Of a DNA stretch of 24,573 bases, positions 8,288 to 16,465 are shown one piece after another. The stretch spans positions 1-24,573 of IMG/VR virus record IMGVR_UViG_3300025296_000124. One strand, written 5' to 3'. The translations under genes were made by a program, and so were the position numbers. This DNA is from a virus (lineage: Duplodnaviria; Caudoviricetes). The notes beneath the pieces are model-generated. The model was not told where the DNA came from. It worked only from the letters and a program-made list of their open reading frames with translations, and searched no databases. The first letter of the stretch is position 1. The number at the start of each line of letters is the position of its first letter.

Positions 8288-9928
8288 TTAATATCCAAAG
8301 GTTGCATCAGATGGAATATACCTATCTGACATACTCTCTATAGTGAAATCAAATATTCCTTTTCGGGGCCTACTCATTACACCGTAACGTAATGCATCAT
8401 ATAAATGGTCTTCTGATTTGGTATTTACATCTTCAGGATTTTTAGGATCAAGAGGAATAGAAGGTAATTGAGAAACAAGATTAATACAACTATGAAAAAC
8501 TACCATTCCGGGCGTGTTATCTTCATCTACATCTTCTTGAATTTGTAACCTTCTATGCACTTCGTTCTTACCTGCAATACGACTTCCTGCACTTCTATCA
8601 CTAGGTCGCCATCTACATCCCTGTAATACCATCTGTTCTGCAAGACTTGGACCTGTATCTCCTCGTTTATGCCAACAAGAACTATCTAAAACCCCATAAA
8701 GAATTGTACCATCTTCTTCTTCCAAATGCAAGACTTTATTTGCTAAATCTTTAGCTAATACTTTTGATACATACAATTCTCTATAAACAATTAATTGACC
8801 ATCTGGCGCAACGGCAAACCAAAGAACAGCACTATAAGAACCATAGCCATAATCACAGGCTCTAAATTTGGGCCAATTCTTCGGAATAGAAAATGGTTCA
8901 GTGACATGTATATTTCTATCAAATTCTGGAAATGCTGCACCTTCTGCTACGTCCCAATTACCTTCTAGAAGTCTTTTACGCTGACTTTCTGGCAACGATA
9001 AAAGCATTGTCTCATAATCTCCCGTCTTAGCGAGATATGGATTATCAAACAATTTAGCAGGAATAAATTTTCTTTGGAATAGTGGCTGGCCTTCTTTGGT
9101 ATGTCCTTTCGGATATATTAAGGTATCACCACTTGCATCCGTAGCCCAAAATTGATGTCCTGCAGGGGCCGGATCAACAAAATATTTCTTTACCCATACA
9201 TGTCCTGCACCACCGGGATTTGTCGTAGCTCTCATGTACACAGGTAATTCAGGTGCAGTAGACCTCAAACGAGAACGAAGATAATCCCACGCAAATCCTG
9301 TGGGCCATTGCGTAAGTTCGTCAAATCCTATCCAACAAAAGGACAACCCTTGATAGCGGAGTACGTCATCATCTCTATCTAGATATGACAGCCACAAACG
9401 TCCACCTGCAGGGGAGGTCCACTGCATCTTTCGTTCCGACCACTTTATGCCGGGAATAATCTTGGGGTATAGCTCCTGTGATTTCCAAACTAACTCCCTT
9501 AATTCTTCTGTGGTTCTACGCAAAAGTAGACCCGAAAATTGTGGGTGTGCCAAATAGCGCAGGGGGTCTGCCAACATGGCATAACTCTTTCCTCCTCCTG
9601 CCGCACCACCATATAATACTTCGCGTTCTGATGCCGCTAAAAAATCTGTCTGTGGTCCCTCATTAGGCTTAAACAGAACATTGTGTTTTTCTTCAAATGT
9701 TAATTCCCCAGTTTCCTCTATAATAGTTTCAGGCTCTGGCTTCGTCTCTTCCTTGTTTTTCTTTTTTCGCTCCTGTACGTTTGCTCTCAATTTCTTCAAG
9801 TTTTTCGAGGGCTTTTTGGTACTTTGTAAGCCATGTTTTATATGTAGCTGCTTTACTCTTCCGTTTCTTTTCGATTCGGATTCGCTTTCTGAGGCCAATA
9901 TGGGAAATTTCTCGTCCTGTTCTGTCAC
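8288..9928 (-). CDS. terL: Terminase large subunit (start uncertain)
   Basis: Walker A YGGAAGGGKS, Walker B WIGFDE, motif III RATTNPGG, nuclease DYGY...DHLYDALRY. Confidence 0.93.
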   Translation of the reverse strand: MTEQDEKFPILASESESESKRNGRVKQLHIKHGLQSTKKPSKNLKKLRANVQERKKKNKEETKPEPETIIEETGELTFEEKHNVLFKPNEGPQTDFLAASEREVLYGGAAGGGKSYAMLADPLRYLAHPQFSGLLLRRTTEELRELVWKSQELYPKIIPGIKWSERKMQWTSPAGGRLWLSYLDRDDDVLRYQGLSFCWIGFDELTQWPTGFAWDYLRSRLRSTAPELPVYMRATTNPGGAGHVWVKKYFVDPAPAGHQFWATDASGDTLIYPKGHTKEGQPLFQRKFIPAKLFDNPYLAKTGDYETMLLSLPESQRKRLLEGNWDVAEGAAFPEFDRNIHVTEPFSIPKNWPKFRACDYGYGSYSAVLWFAVAPDGQLIVYRELYVSKVLAKDLANKVLHLEEEDGTILYGVLDSSCWHKRGDTGPSLAEQMVLQGCRWRPSDRSAGSRIAGKNEVHRRLQIQEDVDEDNTPGMVVFHSCINLVSQLPSIPLDPKNPEDVNTKSEDHLYDALRYGVMSRPRKGIFDFTIESMSDRYIPSDATFGY

Positions 9929-10151
9929 TTAACCACCTTGAAACATCTCTATATGAGTACTCTTGTAAATACTCTTTTGCTAATTCAAGAGCTTCCAGTT
10001 CTTCAATAATAGGAACTAAAAGGTCTTGATCTTCTTCATGTAATTTATAACCAAAAGGAATTGTTCTACTTATTCTTGGTATCTCCAACCATTCACTGTC
10101 CTCTTTTAGCCCTACGGGATCAGGCATTTTAAAGTAGCCTACGTTTAACAT
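9729..10151 (-). CDS. Conserved packaging-module protein with recombinase-like PFGY/HTH segment
   Basis: 140 aa; RTIPFGYKL, then a helix-turn-helix-like SYRDVSRWLSDRTGREISHIGL; overlaps the TerL frame. Confidence 0.65.
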   Translation of the reverse strand: MLNVGYFKMPDPVGLKEDSEWLEIPRISRTIPFGYKLHEEDQDLLVPIIEELEALELAKEYLQEYSYRDVSRWLSDRTGREISHIGLRKRIRIEKKRKSKAATYKTWLTKYQKALEKLEEIESKRTGAKKEKQGRDEARA

Positions 10152-10369
10152 TATTGTTTTTTTCTATTTCTTCGTGCAGGTACAACTCTTAAATTACTAC
10201 GACTATTATTTCTTGGATTTCCATCTCTATGGTCAACGTGCATTCCATCTCCTTTTCTTACTTTTCCTCCTCGTTGCAAGCTTTTTCTATTTTTATTTCT
10301 TAATGCACGTTCAGTTTTCATACGAGGACTTTTATGGTATTTGGCATAATCTCCTTTTTTATATGCCAT
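10151..10369 (-). CDS. HNH endonuclease (72 aa; start re-assigned to ATG at 10369)
   Basis: HVDHRDGNPRNNSRSNLRVV...N HNH motif; adjacent to terminase genes. Confidence 0.8.
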   Translation of the reverse strand: MAYKKGDYAKYHKSPRMKTERALRNKNRKSLQRGGKVRKGDGMHVDHRDGNPRNNSRSNLRVVPARRNRKKQ

Positions 10370-10727
10370 GAGCCGTATCCTTTGGCGGTAAAAGCATAAT
10401 ACCATTAGGTGTAGATACTTCCACCTTATCTGTTTTATGAATGCCAATACGATCTAGAAGTTCTTTGGCTGCATTTAATCTATGTTGATTTCCTAATTCA
10501 GATGGCCTCTCCAAAACATTTACCATAGCTCTAGCTGCCCGTGGAGCATTCATTGCCATGTATTCCTTGGTAAGTTCTAAAACCTCATCCTTGACAGAAC
10601 GAAGAACTTCTGAAGCACCTGTAGTCTCACTATAACCAGCAAGACGTTTAGCTTTTGTATAATCGCCATCAGCTTCATCAAACAATACTTGAAGAAACGT
10701 CTGTTGTTTTGTTGTAAGTTCTCTCAC
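10359..10727 (-). CDS. Putative terminase small subunit
   Basis: N-terminal LTTKQQTFL...AKRLAGYSE HTH and RLNAAKELLDRIG helix, typical of TerS; in the packaging module. Confidence 0.65.
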   Translation of the reverse strand: MRELTTKQQTFLQVLFDEADGDYTKAKRLAGYSETTGASEVLRSVKDEVLELTKEYMAMNAPRAARAMVNVLERPSELGNQHRLNAAKELLDRIGIHKTDKVEVSTPNGIMLLPPKDTAHGI

Positions 10728-11179
10728 TTGCGTAAGCTCCTATCACCAAACCACCAAGCTACTGCCGTTGTCGTTAAGAACATAATCTGATTTGATAATT
10801 CACGAACAATGGTGGGATCACTCTGCACACTGAAAAAGATATAACCAGAAAAGCCCAATAAACCAAAAGTAAGAACAGGACGTACAAATCTTAGTATAGA
10901 AGCTATAATGGGCGTAGCTATTCCATAGGAAGCATCATGAGCATATGAAGCTGTCTTAATATCTGAATCTGCCTGTACCTGTACAATAGCTTGCTCACTC
11001 TCAAGCTCATCTTTTCTTGCTGTAATTTGTAACTCCTGAAGCTGTAGCTCTTGATCAAACTCAAGTTTCATTTGTTTTAGTTCTTGTTTCTTTTCTAAAA
11101 ATCGACCTACTGTTCCTATGGCACTACCAATAATACCTGTAGCACCACCAGTTAATACAGAAGCAATTATATCTAACAT
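10724..11179 (-). CDS. Holin-like membrane protein (GTA 3TM-holin-like)
   Basis: N-terminal amphipathic/TM segment, coiled coil, RFVRPVLT, two TMs, WWFGDR end; follows the endolysin. Confidence 0.65.
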   Translation of the reverse strand: MLDIIASVLTGGATGIIGSAIGTVGRFLEKKQELKQMKLEFDQELQLQELQITARKDELESEQAIVQVQADSDIKTASYAHDASYGIATPIIASILRFVRPVLTFGLLGFSGYIFFSVQSDPTIVRELSNQIMFLTTTAVAWWFGDRSLRK

Positions 11180-11191
11180 AGTATATCTCCC

Positions 11192-11554
11192 TTACCAGAC
11201 CGCTGAAAATTTTCTATTATCTACATGTAAAAAACTATTGTAGTTTATTCCAAACCCTTTGAACCCCGCAAACTTTGCTGCTTCAATTAAGTCTTCTTTA
11301 TTTAGTCCATGTAAAGAAATATCAAAAGCGGTAGAAGGAGTAGCTCTTGTAGCTCTATGTTGACTTCTAGGTGCGCCACCTACCTTTACATTATGTAATG
11401 GGCATCTTGCTGCACTATTGATAATTAGAGGTGCTTGCATTATATCCCGTGTCTTTTGTAGTTTATCTATAGCTTCCTTTTGAATAAATCTATTTCCACA
11501 ACCACACTTACACATTAACTCTGTCCACAAAAAAGATACACTTGCGTATTTCAT
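11192..11554 (-). CDS. Endolysin, peptidase M15A family
   Basis: ELMCKCGCG, SAARCPLHN..VGGAPRSQH, AFDI, FLHVD Zn-peptidase motifs. Confidence 0.88.
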   Translation of the reverse strand: MKYASVSFLWTELMCKCGCGNRFIQKEAIDKLQKTRDIMQAPLIINSAARCPLHNVKVGGAPRSQHRATRATPSTAFDISLHGLNKEDLIEAAKFAGFKGFGINYNSFLHVDNRKFSAVW

Positions 11555-11742
11555 TCTTTGTCCACAGAGTTAATTTCACGCCTGTTAAGTTTATATCTCT
11601 GATAAAGCACTACAAGAGATAGTACACCTACGAGCGCAGCAATGATCATATTTAAATCACCGCCTATAATAAAATTCCAAATAGAAGTAAACAATCCTCC
11701 TCCTACACTTAAATCATCTATTGTCTCTGGTTTTAGGGTCAT
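11551..11742 (-). CDS. Small membrane protein, possible holin/antiholin
   Basis: 63 aa with hydrophobic helix and basic tail; overlaps the endolysin start (ATGA). Confidence 0.55.
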   Translation of the reverse strand: MTLKPETIDDLSVGGGLFTSIWNFIIGGDLNMIIAALVGVLSLVVLYQRYKLNRREINSVDKE

Positions 11743-11746
11743 AGTA

Positions 11747-12739
11747 CTAAATAACTGCGTCGTCTTTTAGACGATCCGTATCATACTTAAACATATCTAA
11801 AACAGGCTTAGATGTAGATTTCCTTAATTCGGCGGCTTGTATCATGTCTTGAGGTTCCACTCCAGTATTTTCACGTTGTCCAAACAGCATGGTTACATTT
11901 ATTCTTTTGTTATCAAAACCGGGAAGAAAATTTACATCTGCCGTTTTATGAAACAAGTTGGAATCGAACATAACACACCGATTATATTTATAAGGTATAT
12001 ATACCGCATTAGAATTTTTTTCTTCTAAAAACTTTATTACTTCATTCTTATCGTCACCATTGTAACGAGTAAAGTCCCAGTCAGGAGGAGCACCCGTATC
12101 CCAAATCCACATACCTCCTGTCTTACCTACCTCTCTTTCTTCGTCATAGTCTTTATTAGCTTCAGTAGGTGTAATCCAAAAATTCACATTGACAGCAGCA
12201 AAGTCTGCATGTATATCAATGCCGGGACATTTGGACTCATACTTAAATGCCCACATCTGGGATAGATTTCTTTTATTTGTGTCATCAAATATCTTAGGTA
12301 AATACTTTACCATTTCATAAGACAGTGTAGATAGGGTTTGAGGAGAAAAGCCATTCTCTCTGAATGCACCTAAGTATCCTCTGCCATATATAGTATTCCA
12401 AAAAGGAAACTCCAAGCAATACTTTTTAAGTTTTTGCAAGGCTTCCAAATTCATGAAGTCATCTATAACTACAATATTTGGATTTGTCTTATAGTAATTC
12501 TCTTCTATTTCCTCAAAGGGTAATTTTAAATTAAGAGCACCCTCTGGATGGTCATGATGGGGAAGAATCAACCTGCCAGTATTCAATAGCCATAGAAGCT
12601 GCCCTATGTCATGTGCTTCTTTCATATGAAGCATATGTTCTTTAAAAGGCTGGTCGTTAGAATTATCTAAAGGACTATATTCTTTTTGTTTTTTATTTTT
12701 TGTCTTATTATCTTTTGATCTTCGCTGTTTTCTATTCAT
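11747..12739 (-). CDS. 2OG-Fe(II) oxygenase-like protein
   Basis: IVVIDDF, HAD (HxD), distal FHKT and RINVT, matching the double-stranded beta-helix facial triad plus the 2OG-binding Arg. Confidence 0.72.
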   Translation of the reverse strand: MNRKQRRSKDNKTKNKKQKEYSPLDNSNDQPFKEHMLHMKEAHDIGQLLWLLNTGRLILPHHDHPEGALNLKLPFEEIEENYYKTNPNIVVIDDFMNLEALQKLKKYCLEFPFWNTIYGRGYLGAFRENGFSPQTLSTLSYEMVKYLPKIFDDTNKRNLSQMWAFKYESKCPGIDIHADFAAVNVNFWITPTEANKDYDEEREVGKTGGMWIWDTGAPPDWDFTRYNGDDKNEVIKFLEEKNSNAVYIPYKYNRCVMFDSNLFHKTADVNFLPGFDNKRINVTMLFGQRENTGVEPQDMIQAAELRKSTSKPVLDMFKYDTDRLKDDAVI

Positions 12740-12744
12740 AAGGA

Positions 12745-12993
12745 CTACGCCTTTTTGCGAGTTCTCCTAGCGGGGGATTTCTTTTTAACTGGACCTACAG
12801 CAATCATTACACCAATACCTTTGCCTTTGCCCTTACCTTTTTTATCTGATATATATTTGCCGCCATGCATACGGGCAGCAGCACGGGCATTCTTTTCACC
12901 TTCTTTGGTATACGGAAATTCAACTATTGGCATGGTATCTGTAGCTCCTATTATTTTTTTACAGGCAAACTCTTTCCTCGTACCTTTAACCAA
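12745..12993 (-). CDS. Small basic protein
   Basis: Lys-rich; EFPYTKEGEKNARAAA motif; start uncertain (may be the internal MPIV). Confidence 0.55.
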   Translation of the reverse strand: MVKGTRKEFACKKIIGATDTMPIVEFPYTKEGEKNARAAARMHGGKYISDKKGKGKGKGIGVMIAVGPVKKKSPARRTRKKA

Positions 12994-13259
12994 TTGGCAA
13001 ATGTGTTATTGCGAGGGACTCCAAGATTATCCTTCACAGCACCTTTATGCGTAGGAGGTACATCGGCCCAAGAAGGTAATCCATGTGTTCTTGCCCATTG
13101 TTCTAATTTTTTTTGATCTCTTGCTTTTTGTGTCTCAAATTTTTTTCTATCTGCTTCCAAATCTGCAGCTACGTTTACACCTCCCGCATCAAATTTAGGG
13201 TAAAACATACCGCCTGTGCGATAGTCTGTGTGTCCCGCTTTTTTCTTTTTAGCAGGCAT
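12951..13259 (-). CDS. Small basic protein (102 aa; start re-assigned to ATG 13259)
   Basis: GGGAG SD before MPAKKKKAGHTDYRTGGMFY; the upstream ORF extension overlaps another gene. Confidence 0.6.
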   Translation of the reverse strand: MPAKKKKAGHTDYRTGGMFYPKFDAGGVNVAADLEADRKKFETQKARDQKKLEQWARTHGLPSWADVPPTHKGAVKDNLGVPRNNTFANWLKVRGKSLPVKK

Positions 13260-13260
13260 A

Positions 13261-13665
13261 CTACTTTCTCCCACTTTTATAAAACATACCGCCTGTGCGG
13301 TGATCTGTGTGTCCTGTTTTTTTCTTAGCAGCAATCTGGCTTCTTTTCTTCTTTTCTGCGTCATAGACACGTTCGGCAGCTTTTCCAGCAATAGTTGCAA
13401 AGCCTGCCGCTTGTATGGCTTTTGCAGTTCTGGCAGACATAGGAGGTAGGTTATATCGTTTCTGCAGTGATTCTTTACCCTCCTTGGAAGCATGTTTCTT
13501 GATACTCATATCTATTTTCTTGACTAGCCTACCTTGTTTAGTTGCAGTGTCCGCTGCTTTAGTTCCAAGTTTAATAAGTACATGTCGCAATGCTGCTCCT
13601 GTACGTGCACCTGCTGCAGCAGCAGCAAAAATTCCATACATTAATGGTCCTACTGGCCCAGCCAT
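13261..13665 (-). CDS. Small basic Ala/Lys-rich protein
   Basis: 134 aa, tightly packed in the operon; ends GHTDHRTGGMFYKSGRK. Confidence 0.65.
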   Translation of the reverse strand: MAGPVGPLMYGIFAAAAAGARTGAALRHVLIKLGTKAADTATKQGRLVKKIDMSIKKHASKEGKESLQKRYNLPPMSARTAKAIQAAGFATIAGKAAERVYDAEKKKRSQIAAKKKTGHTDHRTGGMFYKSGRK

Positions 13666-13666
13666 A

Positions 13667-13987
13667 TCACTTCTTCATTATCTTCAGATTATTTACAGAG
13701 CCACCTGCAGTATAAGCATGTTTCTTGCCCTTGTAAGCACCACCATGCATCATCTGTGGGCGTTTTTGTATAGGACCACCTTTATTCCTACTAGTTACAG
13801 GAGGGGTTGTTGCGCGAGTTGCTGGAACGGATTTTTCTATATCTTGCATTATTTTTTTAACCGCTGCTTTTACCTGTGCGTCTGTAAGTCCTGCTACAGT
13901 ATTAGCACCAACACGCCCTTTGTCCACAATAAAATCACGCATCTGTGAAATTGTCATACTCGTATCTTGTGTTGTTTCAGCCATCAC
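13667..13987 (-). CDS. Hypothetical protein with xxxGG motifs
   Basis: SD AAGGAG; contains RNKGG, MMHGG, YTAGG. Confidence 0.7.
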   Translation of the reverse strand: MMAETTQDTSMTISQMRDFIVDKGRVGANTVAGLTDAQVKAAVKKIMQDIEKSVPATRATTPPVTSRNKGGPIQKRPQMMHGGAYKGKKHAYTAGGSVNNLKIMKK

Positions 13988-14098
13988 CTACTCTCCTTTA
14001 TCTGAAGTACTACAGTCACAAGAACAATTTTCACAAGTGCACGAAGAATCCGCACAGTTACATTCCGGGTTAGTACAATTATCACAACCACATGCCAT
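13988..14098 (-). CDS. Cys-rich metallothionein-like peptide (36 aa, not in ORF track)
   Basis: My translation: MACGCDNCTNPECNCADSSCTCENCSCDCSTSDKGE; 10 Cys; SD AAGGAG upstream; exactly fills the intergenic gap. Confidence 0.75.
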   Translation of the reverse strand: MACGCDNCTNPECNCADSSCTCENCSCDCSTSDKGE

Positions 14099-14099
14099 A

Positions 14100-14327
14100 T
14101 TAATGTCTCCTTTTACTTAAATATTCCTGTATGTCTATGATCTTCTCTTCTGTTACCAGTTCTATGATCATATTGGTTATTTCTATTTCTTTTTTAATAT
14201 ACCGCATTCTACTTAGAAGTTGAGCAAGCTGTGCTTCATAGTACGTTAACTCACGTTCTTTGCGAAGCTTCTGCTCTAATATATCTGCCAGTATAATTAT
14301 TCTGGACTCGCCATTTCCATTCTGCAT
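14100..14327 (-). CDS. Hypothetical coiled-coil protein
   Basis: 75 aa, co-oriented; LEQKLRKERELTYY. Confidence 0.65.
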   Translation of the reverse strand: MQNGNGESRIIILADILEQKLRKERELTYYEAQLAQLLSRMRYIKKEIEITNMIIELVTEEKIIDIQEYLSKRRH

Positions 14328-14344
14328 ACATACACATTATGCTT

Positions 14345-14476
14345 TTAGTCCATGACATCATGTAACCAATCAGATAATTTGCGAAGCCACGAATGTACCT
14401 TAGCTACAGGCCATATAATCCATTCAACTATCTTAACAGGTACAAGCATGACCCACTTCATAATCTTTTTCATCAT
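14345..14476 (-). CDS. Small amphipathic/membrane peptide (~43 aa)
   Basis: GGAG SD before MMKKIMKWVMLVPVKIVEWIIWP. Confidence 0.5.
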   Translation of the reverse strand: MMKKIMKWVMLVPVKIVEWIIWPVAKVHSWLRKLSDWLHDVMD

Positions 14477-14548
14477 ATCATATTCTCCATAAAATTTATT
14501 TTCATATTCAAGAAGCCTGACATATAACATTCCTACCATATTCAATCC

Positions 14549-14977
14549 TTATTTTATTCTTGTAGATGTTCCGCTCTTACGAAGGTCTTTATGTCCATGT
14601 CGATAAGATGGCCCTACAAACATGCCCTTTGCACCTTTGCGCTTTTTAGATTTTGGTGTAGTTAATTCAGGACCAGTAACTTTTTTCATTCTAGCTTTCT
14701 TTTCAGCCTTTACTATACGATCTAAATACTCTTCGTCTGATGTATCTATGCCATCTTTTTTATATAAGTTTATAAGATAGTTTCTAAATTTTTCAGTTTT
14801 CTTACGATCCCCTTCAAAGACTTTACTACGATGAGAGGTATAAAAAGTTTTCATGTCCATGTATTTTCCAGTCTTCTTATTATAAAATTCTGCTGGAATA
14901 AGACCAACATCCCTATAAGCTTCTGTATCAATACGGTCTTTTGGTTTCGTTCTACTTGTTTTTTTCTTATCCGCCAT
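14549..14977 (-). CDS. Basic hypothetical protein
   Basis: 142 aa, Lys-rich, SD AAGGGG; C-terminal GHKDLRKSG related to the GHTD-R-GG motif. Confidence 0.7.
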   Translation of the reverse strand: MADKKKTSRTKPKDRIDTEAYRDVGLIPAEFYNKKTGKYMDMKTFYTSHRSKVFEGDRKKTEKFRNYLINLYKKDGIDTSDEEYLDRIVKAEKKARMKKVTGPELTTPKSKKRKGAKGMFVGPSYRHGHKDLRKSGTSTRIK

Positions 14978-15003
14978 CTTTACTTGTCCCCTTTACTTAG
15001 TTA

Positions 15004-15147
15004 TTAATCCTTATTCCAGCCTTCTGCTTTCAGTGCATTGTAAACTTGTTCATAAGAAAAAATCTTGCCCGTTGCAGCCCGGATGGCCGCACGGACATAA
15101 ACTACTTCATGATGTGGAAGGCGAATACGTTCTCCATAGTTCGCCAT
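15004..15147 (-). CDS. Small hypothetical protein (likely start MANYGERIRLPH)
   Basis: The track start TTG at 15213 coincides with a promoter -35, so the ATG at 15147 is more plausible. Confidence 0.55.
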   Translation of the reverse strand: MANYGERIRLPHHEVVYVRAAIRAATGKIFSYEQVYNALKAEGWNKD

Positions 15148-15185
15148 ACTATGATACCATTTTTCTAAAGTCAAATCGTTATACC

Positions 15186-15221
15186 ATTTTAAGGATTTTT
15201 TGTTCATTGTCAAGTAAAAAA
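15186..15221 (-). promoter_or_regulatory. Sigma70-like promoter (TTGACA-16-TAAAAT)
   Basis: Minus strand TTTTTTAC-TTGACA-N16-TAAAAT-GGTAT, same flanks as the MCP promoter. Confidence 0.72.
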
Positions 15222-15608
15222 TTACACTAAATCATCTAAATATGGAGGTTTATAGTTCTCAGACTTCAAAACCTTGCCATCTTCACGATAAATAGGCTTG
15301 CCAGCAACATCTAGTTTGGACATATTAGAGTGATGGACACGATTAAAGGCAGTATCAAAGTCCCAACCATAAGTATCTGCCATGCCAATGCATACAACGA
15401 CTACATCTACAAGTTCTTTAAGTACAGAAGCTGCATCTTTTGTATCTATAGCTTCTAAAGCCTCATTTACCTCTTCTTTTATAAGATTTTTACGCAATAC
15501 AAGCAATTCAGCATCATCTATTGTGTTACCTTTGTATGTTCTGTTCTGTGGACAGTTGAATGCGTTATGGAAAATACTTAATTTTTCTGCTACAGATTGA
15601 TATCGCAT
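15222..15608 (-). CDS. MazG-like / PRA-PH family all-alpha NTP pyrophosphohydrolase
   Basis: LIKEEVNE...KELVD EEXXE/EXXD motifs; VHHSNMSKL...REDGKVLK signature; SD AAGGAG. Confidence 0.87.
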   Translation of the reverse strand: MRYQSVAEKLSIFHNAFNCPQNRTYKGNTIDDAELLVLRKNLIKEEVNEALEAIDTKDAASVLKELVDVVVVCIGMADTYGWDFDTAFNRVHHSNMSKLDVAGKPIYREDGKVLKSENYKPPYLDDLV

Positions 15609-15693
15609 ATATTTTACTCCTTATGCTACATATACTATGTTTAACTTTGCTTATGTTCTTTTAATATTGTCTATGTTTACATAGTCTATGTAC

Positions 15694-15730
15694 ATTATAC
15701 TCAAAACAGTTACCCTTGTCAAGTAAAAAA
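15694..15730 (-). promoter_or_regulatory. Consensus sigma70 promoter driving the leftward arm
   Basis: TTTTTTAC-TTGACA (15717-15722)-17 nt-TATAAT (15694-15699). Confidence 0.85.
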
Positions 15731-16465
15731 TGTAATATTTTATAAATTAAAAAATCATGGTATAGAAAACATGGTATTATGTCTCTCTATAACTAGGACC
15801 ATTTCATATTTCTGTATCATTACTCAGACCTTTTCGCTATATGGATTACTGTGCTGACATACTCGACTTTATCAGTTGTAGATGTGGTTAACAACTCATT
15901 TTCCTGATCTGTTGTAACCCGTGTATACAATAACGTAACGGGGTGGGGTGGCCCACACCTCCGGGGCCTGTCGTGGCCGTGTGAAAATCTGCAGACTTAT
16001 CACATTTTTGGCGCAATTCTGCCAGAATACTAAATCCGTTATAAATCAATGACTTAGCAGAATAAAAAAATGGGTATATATATTGTGTCGGCATTGTCTG
16101 CTATTTTTGGCCAACTGATATGGTGTCAGTTTGCAGGGTGCCATGCATCGATTGCAGCGACATATCCCCGGCATGCCATATGGCTGAGGTAGTGCTACCC
16201 TATGCCATGCCACTACACTACCATATACACCACGCCAACTATGCCACTAAGTTATTGAATTTAAACAATAAAACATGTAACCCTGCCCATAAAATAGCCA
16301 CAAAATAGGGCATTTTTACGCAGTGCGTAAATTTATTATTTGGCAGTATTCCGCCATTTATACAGCTAATTGTATATTTTTTATTGTGTTTATCTAATCC
16401 GGCCTTATGATGATCAATACCGCACCAATTAGGGTGCGGCACAAATCCCATGAAAGGGGATTAAA
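15731..16465. other. Gene-free divergence region, probable genome terminus/terminal repeat
   Basis: Strand switch between late and early arms; no credible ORF; G/C runs at ~15940-15970; short ATGCCA repeats; IHF-like sites. Confidence 0.5.

Noticed and set aside
9761-9768. Classical -1 frameshift at an A-rich slippery heptamer
   Set aside because: A fusion of the upstream gene to TerL needs +1, so the -1 site is phased the wrong way
13415-13948. 177-aa plus-strand ORF and other antisense ORFs in the track
   Set aside because: Shadows of tightly packed opposite-strand genes with good SDs
15489-15498. Palindrome half-site TTTACGCA in the MazG-like gene
   Set aside because: Second arm absent; expected by chance
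15888-16451. Short ORFs in the divergence region
   Set aside because: No convincing SD or motifs; they overlap repeats and regulatory sites
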